NCBI GenBank assembly: GCA_044222475.1
Contig: JBGANF010000013.1
Location: 32,356 to 96,355 of the forward strand
DNA: 64,000 bases
From: Polyangiaceae bacterium
GTDB lineage: Bacteria > Myxococcota_A > Polyangia > Polyangiales > Polyangiaceae
Direction of reading: 5' to 3'
Part shown: positions 47,733 to 57,317 of the stretch, in pieces
Layout: every line of letters starts with the position of its first letter
Position numbering within the stretch: the first letter of the stretch is position 1
The notes under the pieces: model-generated
Told to the model about the DNA's origin: nothing
Seen by the model: only the letters and a program-made list of their open reading frames with translations
Databases searched by the model: none
Position numbers and translations under genes: made by a program

Positions 47733-49117
47733 GAGACCTTCTCCGTGACTTCGCTCACGCGTCCTTCGTCGTCCCACACTTGGATGCGGACGCGCGCGGC
47801 GCGGGGAAGCTCGGCCGATCGCGCGATCGTGACCGGCGACCCGTCGGCGCTGCGCTCGGCGTGAAAGACGCGGCGGAAGGGGCCTTCGGTCGCGATGTCG
47901 ACCGCCCACGCGAGCGGGAGCTCGGGCGCGGCGAGCGCGACGGTGGTTCCGCCGTTCGTGCGCCGCGCGCGCGCCCGGACCTTCGGTCCGTCGCTGCGGG
48001 GGTCGCGCGACGACGAAGACGAACCGACGCGGATCACCGTCGGATCGTAGCCGCCGCGGAGCAAGCGCGCGCGCGTCGTCGCGATCGCGACCGCGCCCTG
48101 ATCGCCGGCGTACGCCCGGCGGCCCAACCGGAGCGCCGCCTCCGCGGTGGTGCCGCTCCCGCTGAACAGATCGACGACGGTGCCGCCCTCGGGCGTGGCG
48201 CACCGCACGATGCGCTCGAGGAGCGCCAGGGGCTTCTGGGTCGGGTAGCCGGTGCGCTCCGCCTTCGATGCGTGGCGAAGCGGCGCGATGTCGGTCCACA
48301 GCGTGTCGACCCGGCGCTCGCGGAAGTGATCGTCGCCGTGCTTCTCGAGGAAGTACTTGATGTAGACCTTGCCCGACGCCGTGCGGTGGACGCGGCCTTC
48401 CTTCTCGAGGCGCGCGATCGATGCGTCGGTGTAGTCCCCGCGAGGAGCGGTGGTGAACGCGCGCCCCTGATCGTCGTGGCGGACGGCGCTCGGCTCGATT
48501 CGCTCGAGGCGCGTCGCCGGGGTGAGCTTGGCCTTCGGTCCGCCGAACACCAGGATCGTGTCGAGCGTTCGCCCGAACTGCGCGCTCGCCGCCTGTCGTC
48601 CCAAATTGGGAGCGCGCTTCCAGACGATCTCGTTGAGGAACGAGTCGCGGCCGAGGATCTCCTCGACGACGACGCGCACGAGGTAGGCGGCGCGCCAGTC
48701 GAGGTGGACCCAGAGCGTTCCCTCCGGCTTCAGGAGGCGCGCCATGGCTTCGAGGCGCGGCGCCATCTCGTCGAGGTACGCGCCGATCCCGCCGTCGACC
48801 GCGCGCCACCGATCGCCGTAGGCGACTCCTCGGCGGGTTCGTCCGTCGGCCGATCCGTCGAGCCGCGCCTCGAAGGAGTAGTCGGTCTGCGAAGCGTAGG
48901 GCGGATCGACGTACACCAGGTCCGCAAGCACACGTTCGCCGTGGAGGTAGGCAGCGGTGTGGATCGCGTCGCCACGCAGGAGCGTCGCGCCATCCCCACC
49001 GTGCTCCTCGATCTTCGCGTCGATGCTCACGGAATCGGCGGAGCTCGATGCTCCGGCTTCGAACGAGCGGCCCTCCCACTCGAGGCGCACGCTCTGCGCT
49101 GACCGCCTACCTCTCAT
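47729..49117 (-). CDS. site-specific DNA methyltransferase (N4/N6, beta-class), orphan
   Basis: DLVYVDPPY catalytic motif before YPTQKP…DLFSGSGTT SAM-binding motif. Confidence 0.92.
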   Translation of the reverse strand: MRGRRSAQSVRLEWEGRSFEAGASSSADSVSIDAKIEEHGGDGATLLRGDAIHTAAYLHGERVLADLVYVDPPYASQTDYSFEARLDGSADGRTRRGVAYGDRWRAVDGGIGAYLDEMAPRLEAMARLLKPEGTLWVHLDWRAAYLVRVVVEEILGRDSFLNEIVWKRAPNLGRQAASAQFGRTLDTILVFGGPKAKLTPATRLERIEPSAVRHDDQGRAFTTAPRGDYTDASIARLEKEGRVHRTASGKVYIKYFLEKHGDDHFRERRVDTLWTDIAPLRHASKAERTGYPTQKPLALLERIVRCATPEGGTVVDLFSGSGTTAEAALRLGRRAYAGDQGAVAIATTRARLLRGGYDPTVIRVGSSSSSRDPRSDGPKVRARARRTNGGTTVALAAPELPLAWAVDIATEGPFRRVFHAERSADGSPVTIARSAELPRAARVRIQVWDDEGRVSEVTEKVS

Positions 49118-49188
49118 GGGAGTCGTCGCTAACCTATCCCATTCCGAAGCGGGTGGGTTCGCTTGTGTTACTCTTTCAAGTTCGCATC

Positions 49189-51393
49189 ATGGCTTCTCAC
49201 GCTCAGAAACCGAAGAAGCTCGAAGAGGTGCTCCGCGCCTTTCCCGAGAGCGATCTGGGCAAGCTGATGGACCGCCTCGGTGTGAGGATCGATCCGGCCA
49301 AGCGCCTCGACGGGCCGGCTCAGGTCGCGCGGGCGCTCGTCGCACTGCCCGACCTTCGCGACACGAGTCGCTTGCCACTCGCCAGCGTCGAGCTCCTCCA
49401 CCGCGTCGCCGAGGCGCGCGGCTCGCTCCTCGTCGGTTCGATTCCGCCGGCACTGGAGCCGCTCGTCGCCCGCGGGCTCATGTTCGCGCGCCAAGAGGGC
49501 GGCGCCTACGAGCTCATCGTGCCGGCGGCCTATCTCCTCCAGCTCCGCAGCTGGGAGGGCGAAGACCCGCGCGGCGTTCGCGCGCTCCTCGCGCAGGCCT
49601 CGTTCGAGACGACGAGCGCGATCGCATCGCACTACCTCGGTCGCACCGCCGCGCCGCCGCTCGCGCTCGCCTTGGAGACGGGGTGGGAGATCCTCTCCGA
49701 TCCGCGCGCGCTCGCGGCGGAGATCGCTCGCCTCGCACCGAGCGAGCTCCGCGTGCTCGAGACGGTGGAGCAGGAAGGCGGCGAGGTCGACACCGAGGAG
49801 CTCCTCGAGATCGAGCGCGAGCCCCTGCGGTTGCGCACCGCGAGCGGCGTGTCGCCGTCACGGCGTGGCGTCGGCTCCGCGCTCGAGCGCCGCGGCTTCT
49901 TGATCCCGGTGCACCCGAACCGGCACATCGTCCCGACCGAGGTCTCGCTCATCGTCTCCGCGAGCCACCGCGCGCAGCGCGCCGAGCGCCGCGAAGAGGT
50001 GAAGCGCTACGTCCGCGGCGGCGACCACGCGCCGCGGCGCGCGCGGTTCGCGCTCGACCCCGGGACGATCACGCTCGGCCTCGCGATCGCCTCGCGCGAA
50101 ACGGGCGACGTGCGCGCCAACGTCGGCACGCCGAAGTCGCTCGCGCAGAAGATGGCCGTCCGCTTCGGTCGCGACGGCGCGCACGTGGCGATGCTCGTCG
50201 CGCTCGGTCGCGCGGTCGGTCTGTGGGACGCGTCGGCGCTCTCGCCGGCGTCGCCGCCGGGTGCGCTGACGGTGGGCGAGCTCACGCCGCTGTTGTTCCG
50301 GGCATGGCGCCGCGGCGGCGCGTGGGACGAAGCTCGCACCGAGCCAGAGGTCCTTCGCATCGCCGAGGGCGCGCGCGATCCGAGCCCGATCGCAGTCGTC
50401 CGCGAGCTCGTCCTCGAGGCCCTCGTCGATCTCGGCGAAGGGTGGATCCCCTGGGTCGCGCTCGAGCGGTATTTCCGCAGCGATCACCGCATCCGCGGCC
50501 TGACGCGTCTATTCCGGCGTTGGGCCGAGCGCGCCCAGACCGAGATCGTCTCGCCCATCGCGGTCGCGCGGCGCATCGTGCTCGACAGCTTGCCGGGCCT
50601 CGGCATGCTCGACCTCGGCGAAGACGACTCGGGGGACGAGCTCCCGGTCGATCCCAACGCGACCGACGCGGACAAGGCCCAGTACGAAGCCGACAAGCAC
50701 ATCGTGCTCCGCCTGACGCCGCGCGGTCGCTCGATGCTCTCGGCCCGCGCGACCAGCCGCGACGAGTCGCGCGCGAAGTTCATCGACTCGCACGTGCTCC
50801 GCATCGCGTCGACGTCGCGCATCGCTTCGGTTCTCGCGCTCGCGCCGCTCGTCGAGGTGGCGCGCGCCGCCGAGACGCTCGATCTGCTCGTCGCGCCGCA
50901 GACCCTCGCCCGCGCGCTCTCGGCTGGCGTCGAAGCCGACCTGGTGCGCCAGCGGCTCGAGGCGGTGTCGCCGCTCCCGGAGGGGATCTCGAAGACGCTC
51001 CAGCAAGCGAGCGTCGTGCTCGGTCGCGGATCGTTCACCGCGTCCGCTGGGTTCCTCTGGGTCGACGATCCGAACCTGCGCGAGCTCCTGCGCACGCGCA
51101 AGGCGACGTCGGAGCTGTTCCTCGATCCGTCGCCGCCGGCGGGGTTGCTCGTGGCGGCGGGAGTCGATCTCGATCGCCTGTCGCGACGCTGCCGCGCGGT
51201 CGGGATCGAGGTCGTCGTCGACGGACAGGTCGTGCGCGCGCGCACGATGCCGCCCGGAGGCTCCACGCCGCCGCCGCCGCGCGTGTCGACGACGCAGCGG
51301 AAGTCGCCGGAAGCGCCGGCGGTGGGTCCTCGCCGCAGAGCGGCGCAAGAGGTCCGCATCCAGCCCAAGGATCGCCGCCGCGAAGAAGAGTGA
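49189..51393 (+). CDS. helicase-associated (XPB N-terminal-like) domain protein without a helicase motor
   Basis: LRLTPRGR…LARALSAG…PLPEGI pattern; no Walker motifs seen. Confidence 0.6.
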   Translation: MASHAQKPKKLEEVLRAFPESDLGKLMDRLGVRIDPAKRLDGPAQVARALVALPDLRDTSRLPLASVELLHRVAEARGSLLVGSIPPALEPLVARGLMFARQEGGAYELIVPAAYLLQLRSWEGEDPRGVRALLAQASFETTSAIASHYLGRTAAPPLALALETGWEILSDPRALAAEIARLAPSELRVLETVEQEGGEVDTEELLEIEREPLRLRTASGVSPSRRGVGSALERRGFLIPVHPNRHIVPTEVSLIVSASHRAQRAERREEVKRYVRGGDHAPRRARFALDPGTITLGLAIASRETGDVRANVGTPKSLAQKMAVRFGRDGAHVAMLVALGRAVGLWDASALSPASPPGALTVGELTPLLFRAWRRGGAWDEARTEPEVLRIAEGARDPSPIAVVRELVLEALVDLGEGWIPWVALERYFRSDHRIRGLTRLFRRWAERAQTEIVSPIAVARRIVLDSLPGLGMLDLGEDDSGDELPVDPNATDADKAQYEADKHIVLRLTPRGRSMLSARATSRDESRAKFIDSHVLRIASTSRIASVLALAPLVEVARAAETLDLLVAPQTLARALSAGVEADLVRQRLEAVSPLPEGISKTLQQASVVLGRGSFTASAGFLWVDDPNLRELLRTRKATSELFLDPSPPAGLLVAAGVDLDRLSRRCRAVGIEVVVDGQVVRARTMPPGGSTPPPPRVSTTQRKSPEAPAVGPRRRAAQEVRIQPKDRRREEE

Positions 51394-51449
51394 GCCGCTG
51401 TCGCAGACATGATTGGCGGATAGGCGTCTATGTGTAAAATCTGTCTGCC

Positions 51450-52052
51450 ATGCATCGGCGCCCCTTCTGGGCTTCGCGTGCCATGCGCGCCGTTGGACGA
51501 CGGTTGGCGACGACGAGTGCGGTTGTCCAGCACCTCGTCCTCGACACGCTGCCTTCGCGCTTGGTCGCGCAGATCAAAACCGCCGGAGCAGCCGAACCTC
51601 GTCCCCACGCCGTGCAAGCCGGCCGCATGGCCGACGGACTCCCGACCGGCACCACATCTCGGAAGATTCGAATGAACGTTCGGTGGAGTTTGCAGGCCGA
51701 CGAAGACGTTCGACTGGCTGATGGTCTGGTTGAGACTGGTGACCGTGCCGGCGCGATAGAAGCCTACCTGCGGGCTTGCGAGACGATTGGGGAATCGGGT
51801 CACGACAAGGCCAGATCGGCCGTTCGTCGAACGGGGATACTGGTCCGCGTCCTTGAACTCGACCCGACTAGGTTGGATGTTCGCCGTCTTCTTGCTGAGG
51901 CTTACGTGGAGGTCGGCTTACGCGACGACGCGAAGCGAGAACTTCGCAAAGTTGCTCAAGACGCAGAGGCAAGCGGGACGGCGGTGGCCGCACAGGAGGC
52001 TTTGGCGCGGTACGCCGAGCTGTCGCGAGAAGACGATAGTGAGGCCACATGA
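51450..52052 (+). CDS. hypothetical TPR-like protein (start uncertain, possibly 51672)
   Basis: RVLELDPTRLDVRRLLAEAYVEVG TPR-like helices. Confidence 0.5.
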   Translation: MHRRPFWASRAMRAVGRRLATTSAVVQHLVLDTLPSRLVAQIKTAGAAEPRPHAVQAGRMADGLPTGTTSRKIRMNVRWSLQADEDVRLADGLVETGDRAGAIEAYLRACETIGESGHDKARSAVRRTGILVRVLELDPTRLDVRRLLAEAYVEVGLRDDAKRELRKVAQDAEASGTAVAAQEALARYAELSREDDSEAT

Positions 52053-54271
52053 GGGCCCGTGGCGGACGGTTGTTGCTGCTTTCAGCCGGGTCGTTGCTTG
52101 CCGCCCATTGTGGGGAGGCGGAGCCAGGGGTGAGTGTCGCCGAGACCTCAGCCAGCCTCGGCCTGGCGGACTGCGGCGGCGCGTCAGCGTCCGCGAGCAT
52201 TCACTTATCAAGCGCGTCCGACTTCCCGTTGACGTGGAGCGCAGCGTTCGAAGGTCCATACACGACGACGGGACCTGTATCGGGAACGATCGCCGGACTG
52301 GCGTCGGAATCGATCCCTATCGTCGCTCGGTTTCCTGCGTTCGTGCCCTCTGGCACGGTCATTCCCGGCACCCTCATCATCACGACCAACGATCCCGAAC
52401 ATCCCGTCGTGCGCATTCCGCTCACCGCGACGTCGTACGGAGCCGAGCTGCACGCCGAGGCGACGTCGTTCGGCGACATCCCGGTAACGGCATCGTCTCC
52501 GACGCTTCCGGTCCTCCTCAAGAACACCGGCAACGCTCCGGTCGACGTCGAGCTGGGCACGCCATCTCGTCCAGAGTTCATCCCCGTGACGCCGGGTGTT
52601 CACCTCGAGCCTGGATGGTGTCGTCCTCACGAGCCCCGGTTCGCTCGACTTCGGCCTCGTGGGCTGCGGTACGAACGCGCCGCCGAAGAAGGTCACCGTC
52701 GCGAACACCGGGGATGCTGCGTTCGGCTTCACTGCGACGCTCGCCAATGGCCTCTATGACGTGGCTCCCTCGAGCGCGAGCATCCCCGCGGGCCAGAGCG
52801 TCGAGCTCACGGTGACGCCGAAGCCGATCCCACAGACCTCCGCGGTCATCCCCGATCTCTACGGTGGGACCCTGACGATCACGAGCGACGCCGTCGGTGA
52901 TTTGCCCCACGTCATCGATCTTCACCAGACCGCTCACGGCGCGATCCTGACGACGACCCAGCCGGTGCTCGACGCGGGCTCGCGCGTCGTGGACGACGCC
53001 ATCACCGTCCCGATGGGGACGATCACCAACGCCGGAAACGCGACGGTGTCCCTCAATGGTACAGGGACCGGTGGTGTCGCGGTGGCGCAGACCTCGATCC
53101 CCGCAGGTGGAAGCGCCAGCGGCGCGGCTTCCCTTGCCCTCGACCCCACCGTCCATCGGCTCGGCGTCGCGGTGTCGCAGACCTTCCCGCTCGCGGTCGC
53201 GCCCGTTCCGCTCTGCGCGCCTGCTCCGTTGGTCACCGTCACCGTGCGGCCCGTCGATCGTGCGATCGACTTCGACAGCACGGGGAACGAGGGCACGCTC
53301 TGCGCCGTCGGTCATACCCACCGCGCGTACTGCGTCGGCAGCAACCTCTACGGTCAGATCAAAGACGGCCCGCCCTACACCTACGAGCCATTCACGTCGG
53401 TCATGAACGTCTCTGCCGACGTCGTCGGCGTGTCGCCGGGATCGACCTGTTTCGCCAAGGGGGCGACGATGACCTGTCGGACGATCGGCTACCAGAACTC
53501 GGGCGGACCGTTTCCTCCGCCATGGACCACGACCTTCCCGGCGAACGTCGCGCGCATTCGCGGCTCCGTTCATCCGCCCGGGAGTTCCTGGACCTACTCG
53601 GCGGCGTTCGTCGTTCTCCTCGTCGACGGATCGGTCCATGGCGCCGGCGAGGGCCCTGCAGGGATCTTCGGCGTCGCCAATCCGCCGGTGCCGGGGCCGG
53701 TGCTCGCAATGGGCGGAGTGAGCGACGCGGTCGACGTCGCGGTGGGTACGTCCCACACCTGCGTCGCCCGCGTGTCGGGCGACGTCCTCTGCGCCGGGTA
53801 TTCGTACTGGGGCCAAGTCGTTCCCGGGGTGCAGTCCCAGCAGCCGTACGTGACGCCAGTCACCATCACGGGTGTCGGGGCGACCCGGCTCGCCCTGTCG
53901 ATGCACCGAACGTGCGCGCTCCGCGCGAACGGCACCGTCGCGTGCTGGGGCGCATCGTGGACGCAGCCGAATACCGTTCCGACGGCGGTCACCGATCTCC
54001 CCTTTCCGGTGGCGACTCCCCGAACGTCGATCGCCACCGACGGGTGGACCCTTGCCGCGCTTCGCTCGGTCGGCGGGGCGGACGGATTCGTCGATGGCGC
54101 GTCGAGCCCGTACTTGCCGCTGCCGCGGCCGGAGGAAGCTTCCGCCCTGGCCTCCGCATCGCCTACTCTCCGGTCTTCATCCGTCAGGCGATCTGCGCCC
54201 TCGAGCCCGGTGGAAAGATCGCTTGTTTCGGCGGCGACGACGCACCCGGATACCTCAGCGGCTTCGACTGA
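52049..54271 (+). pseudogene. lipoprotein with Ig-like (ASPM/choice-of-anchor-like) domains and RCC1-like repeats, split by two frameshifts
   Basis: AAHC lipobox frame to about 52616; continues as DGVVLTSPGSLDFG… with CVGSNLYGQ/HTCVA/RTCAL repeats; final ICALEPGGKIACFG* in a third frame from about 54150-54185. Confidence 0.75.
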
Positions 54272-54273
54272 GC

Positions 54274-54900
54274 TCACGCGCTGCGTAGGTCGACGAACTC
54301 GGGGTGCCTGCCAATCGACGCGATCACGTCGACGAGCCACGTCGGGATCGGCCCGTAGACCTTGCGAAGGGCGCCGCGCTCGGTACGAGCGCAGAGGCGC
54401 GCGTCGGCGCCGTCGACGGAGTTGTCGTAGACGTAGACCCGATCGGCGAGCGCGATCGCCGCGGAGAGATTCGCGTGCGAGCGCTTGTAGCGCGAGACGA
54501 TCTTCTCGATCGGGACTGTGTGCCCACCACGCATGACGCGATCGGCCACTCGCGCCGCGTTGATCCGCGGGTTCTCGGTTCCGATGAAGAAGACCCTCGT
54601 GAAATAGCCTCCGTCGCGCGCCCGACGGAGAAAGTCGACTTTGTCTTGCACCGAGAACACGGTCTCGAACGCGATGCTTTGGCGGGTGCGGAGGAGCTCC
54701 TCCCGTCGCTGTTCGACGAATTGCGCCGCCGCTACGACGGCCTCCGGTGAGTTCCATCCGCCGAACCGTTGCTCGGCGATGTCGTCCGCGTTGAGGTACT
54801 CGACACCTTCGCTCCAGTGGTCCGCGCGCAGGCGAGCGGTGATGGTCGTCTTGCCCGAGCCGTTCGGGCCGGCGATGATCAAGAGAACCGGGGCCGTCAT
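54274..54900 (-). CDS. zeta-toxin-like P-loop kinase/ATPase
   Basis: IIAGPNGSGKTT, NADDIA, IAFETVFS, RVMRGGH.VP..KI.SRY, YVYDNS. Confidence 0.9.
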   Translation of the reverse strand: MTAPVLLIIAGPNGSGKTTITARLRADHWSEGVEYLNADDIAEQRFGGWNSPEAVVAAAQFVEQRREELLRTRQSIAFETVFSVQDKVDFLRRARDGGYFTRVFFIGTENPRINAARVADRVMRGGHTVPIEKIVSRYKRSHANLSAAIALADRVYVYDNSVDGADARLCARTERGALRKVYGPIPTWLVDVIASIGRHPEFVDLRSA

Positions 54901-55079
54901 CCAGCCTCGCGAAGACGCGTCATGACGGCGTTCCGCTCGGTGGCGATCTCCTCGAGCAGCTTTCGCTGCTGTTGCTCCATCGCTTCGCGCAGACCAGCGC
55001 AAGCACGTCGGCCGAGGTCGACGAGCTCGTCGTCCGTCGGCTCGAACGCGGGATCGGCGAGATCCTTGGGTCGGCTCAT
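54897..55079 (-). CDS. small protein, putative antitoxin partner
   Basis: 60 aa; ATGA overlap with the zeta-like gene. Confidence 0.6.
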   Translation of the reverse strand: MSRPKDLADPAFEPTDDELVDLGRRACAGLREAMEQQQRKLLEEIATERNAVMTRLREAG

Positions 55080-55104
55080 GTCCGCAGTGTAGCAGACGGT
55101 AGCG

Positions 55105-55629
55105 TCATGGCGCCTCGTCCCACAGCACGGCGAACCGATTCTCGATCGGCGTCGTGACTCCGCCTCGACCGTCGATGCTGGTGAGCTTCACCGGCCCTCC
55201 GAGCGAGAGCGCGCGCGAGCTCCGGACTCGGAGGACGTAGTCGTATCCATATGGCGTCGGGTATCGCGTGAAGTACTCGAGGACGACGACCATCACGTGG
55301 CACCCAGCCGCCACGTCCGCGTCGTGGACGGTCACGCGCGAGAGATCACCGATCGGCGGAGAGCTCTGCATCCCCCGCTCGAGGATCGTCTGGCCGTCGA
55401 GCAGGTACGTCGCGTGGATGAGCCTCAGCGACGTGACCTTGTCCTCGTGCTCGACGAGGAGGTGCCTCGCCGGTGCGGCGTTCGCGTCGGGAGTGCACGA
55501 CTCGTCCGGCGTCGGAGCGGTGGCGGCCCCCGGCGCTCGCAGGACGGTGGGCTCCACGACGGTCGAGTGGGTCGGTGGCTTCGCCGCACACGCGCTCGCC
55601 GCGACGAAGAGAAAGAGCCCTGCGCGCAT
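55105..55629 (-). CDS. hypothetical lipoprotein
   Basis: ASAC lipobox. Confidence 0.7.
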   Translation of the reverse strand: MRAGLFLFVAASACAAKPPTHSTVVEPTVLRAPGAATAPTPDESCTPDANAAPARHLLVEHEDKVTSLRLIHATYLLDGQTILERGMQSSPPIGDLSRVTVHDADVAAGCHVMVVVLEYFTRYPTPYGYDYVLRVRSSRALSLGGPVKLTSIDGRGGVTTPIENRFAVLWDEAP

Positions 55630-55739
55630 GTCGTCGTAGTAGCCGTCGGTCGAGCGGTGGTCGAGTCGGAGTCCAGCAGGCTGCGAAAACGTTCAGGCAC
55701 GCAGCGTGCACTCCTGCCAAGACCGCGAACGTGAGGCGT

Positions 55740-55871
55740 GGGAGTGGGAGCGGGAGCGGGAGCGGGAAGGACTCCGTACCAAACTGGGACAGTCGCCACG
55801 AATGGCCATCCCCGTAGCGATTCACGATGTCCACGGCCGTCGAGCATCTCCCGCTCCCGCTCCCGCTCCCG
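55740..55871. repeat. inverted hexamer arrays (GGGAGC)n…(CTCCCG)4 enclosing GTACCAAACTGGGAC; empty cassette-like element
   Basis: Directly visible. Confidence 0.8.
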
Positions 55872-55935
55872 AGCGACGACGTGCCAAGTCGGCAGGAGGG
55901 CACGCAACCTGCGACTACGCTTTTCCGCAGCCCCG

Positions 55936-57306
55936 CTAGAACGTCCCCGACACCTTCAGCCCGTACGCGGGCTCCTTGCCATCCGGGCTCACCGCGACGA
56001 CACCGACGTCGGGGTGGATCGAGAGCGCGCTCGCCTTTTGCGCGGCGGGCTTCGAGAGAAGATACGCGAGCGTCCCTCCCGCGACGCTCGCGCCCAGCGT
56101 GATCCCGAGGAACGCGCGCGTCTTCCCCGGCGTCACGTCCTCGAAGACGAACGGGCTCGCTGCGGCGGCTCCGGCGAGACCGCCGAGCGCGATCCCGAGA
56201 TCCGTGACGAGCACGCGGTTCGTCTGCACCGGCACGAGGCGCGCGTAGAGGCCCGCCCCCAAGAGACCGGTCGCGATGCCGATCGCCTGACCGAGCGGCG
56301 GCGGCCGCTCGAGCGTGCCTCGGACGAACAGCTCGGTCGCGCTTCCCAACGCGAAGCCCACCGCCGCGCCCGAGTGCGTGAACCACGCGCCCGCGTCGTC
56401 GATCGGCCCGCGCGTCAGCGCGACGGTGGCCAAGCCGACCCCGACCACGCCGCCCGCTGCTCCAAAAAGGTACCGCTGGTTCAGCGGCTGCACGTCGGTC
56501 GCACTCGCGAGGAAGAACCCGGACGCCGCTCCCCACCAAGCGCCTCCGGCGAGGTACCACGCGTCGCCGATGCCGACGTTCCACTCGCCCGCGGCGAGCA
56601 ACGTCCCACCGAGACCGACGCCCGCGCCGAGGAGCAACAGCGGATAGAGCACGCGCGGATCGGACGCCGAGCCTTCGCTCAGCGCCGCTTGCTGCAAGCT
56701 GAACGCGAGGAACCCGCCGAACAGCGCGCCGTTCACCGCGAAGATCGCGCGCCCTGGCGAGCGCGGGGCCGGCGCCGCTTGCGGCGTCGTCGCGGTCGGG
56801 CCGACGCACGGCTTGTCGGTAGCCGAGCTCATGCTCGAGAGCAGACCGCGGAGCAGCACCAGCCCGCGCACGCTGACGTCGGAGCCTTTCGCGGCTTCGA
56901 CGCGCACGCGCAGCTCGGTCCCGCCCGGCGGCACGACGACGATGCGCACGAGGTACTTGTCGTCCCCGGCGGGCTCGATCCGCGGGCTCAGCACCCAGCG
57001 CGCCGGCGTGCTGTCGCTCCCGGCGGCGAGCTTCAGCAGATCGGAGTCGCGCATGTGATCGGCCGTGGGCGCGGCGCCGAGCGTCAACGACAGGCCGAAG
57101 TCCTGCACGGCGTCGCGCAGCGTCGCGTCGAGCTCCTGCGCGCGCTGGGACAGCGTCCCGTCGCTCGCGCTCGGGAGATGCGGCGCACCCGCGCCGTCAC
57201 CGACGGGAGTCAGCGTCGGCAGAACGTCGATCGGCTCGCCGCTGGCCCACGCCGTCTCGCTGGCGAGCGCCGTCGCGAGGAAGGCGCCAACGACTGCGCG
57301 CCGCAC
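55936..57306 (-). CDS. secreted/membrane protein with Gly-rich hydrophobic repeats
   Basis: Signal peptide (…ETAWAS); many Gly-zipper helices; ends YGLKVSGTF. Confidence 0.75.
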   Translation of the reverse strand: MRRAVVGAFLATALASETAWASGEPIDVLPTLTPVGDGAGAPHLPSASDGTLSQRAQELDATLRDAVQDFGLSLTLGAAPTADHMRDSDLLKLAAGSDSTPARWVLSPRIEPAGDDKYLVRIVVVPPGGTELRVRVEAAKGSDVSVRGLVLLRGLLSSMSSATDKPCVGPTATTPQAAPAPRSPGRAIFAVNGALFGGFLAFSLQQAALSEGSASDPRVLYPLLLLGAGVGLGGTLLAAGEWNVGIGDAWYLAGGAWWGAASGFFLASATDVQPLNQRYLFGAAGGVVGVGLATVALTRGPIDDAGAWFTHSGAAVGFALGSATELFVRGTLERPPPLGQAIGIATGLLGAGLYARLVPVQTNRVLVTDLGIALGGLAGAAAASPFVFEDVTPGKTRAFLGITLGASVAGGTLAYLLSKPAAQKASALSIHPDVGVVAVSPDGKEPAYGLKVSGTF

Positions 57307-57317
57307 GGCGGCTCCGC

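Noticed and set aside
48598..48612. GTCCCAAATTGGGAG palindrome variant
   Set aside because: Lies inside the methyltransferase CDS (APNLGR codons); likely coincidental.
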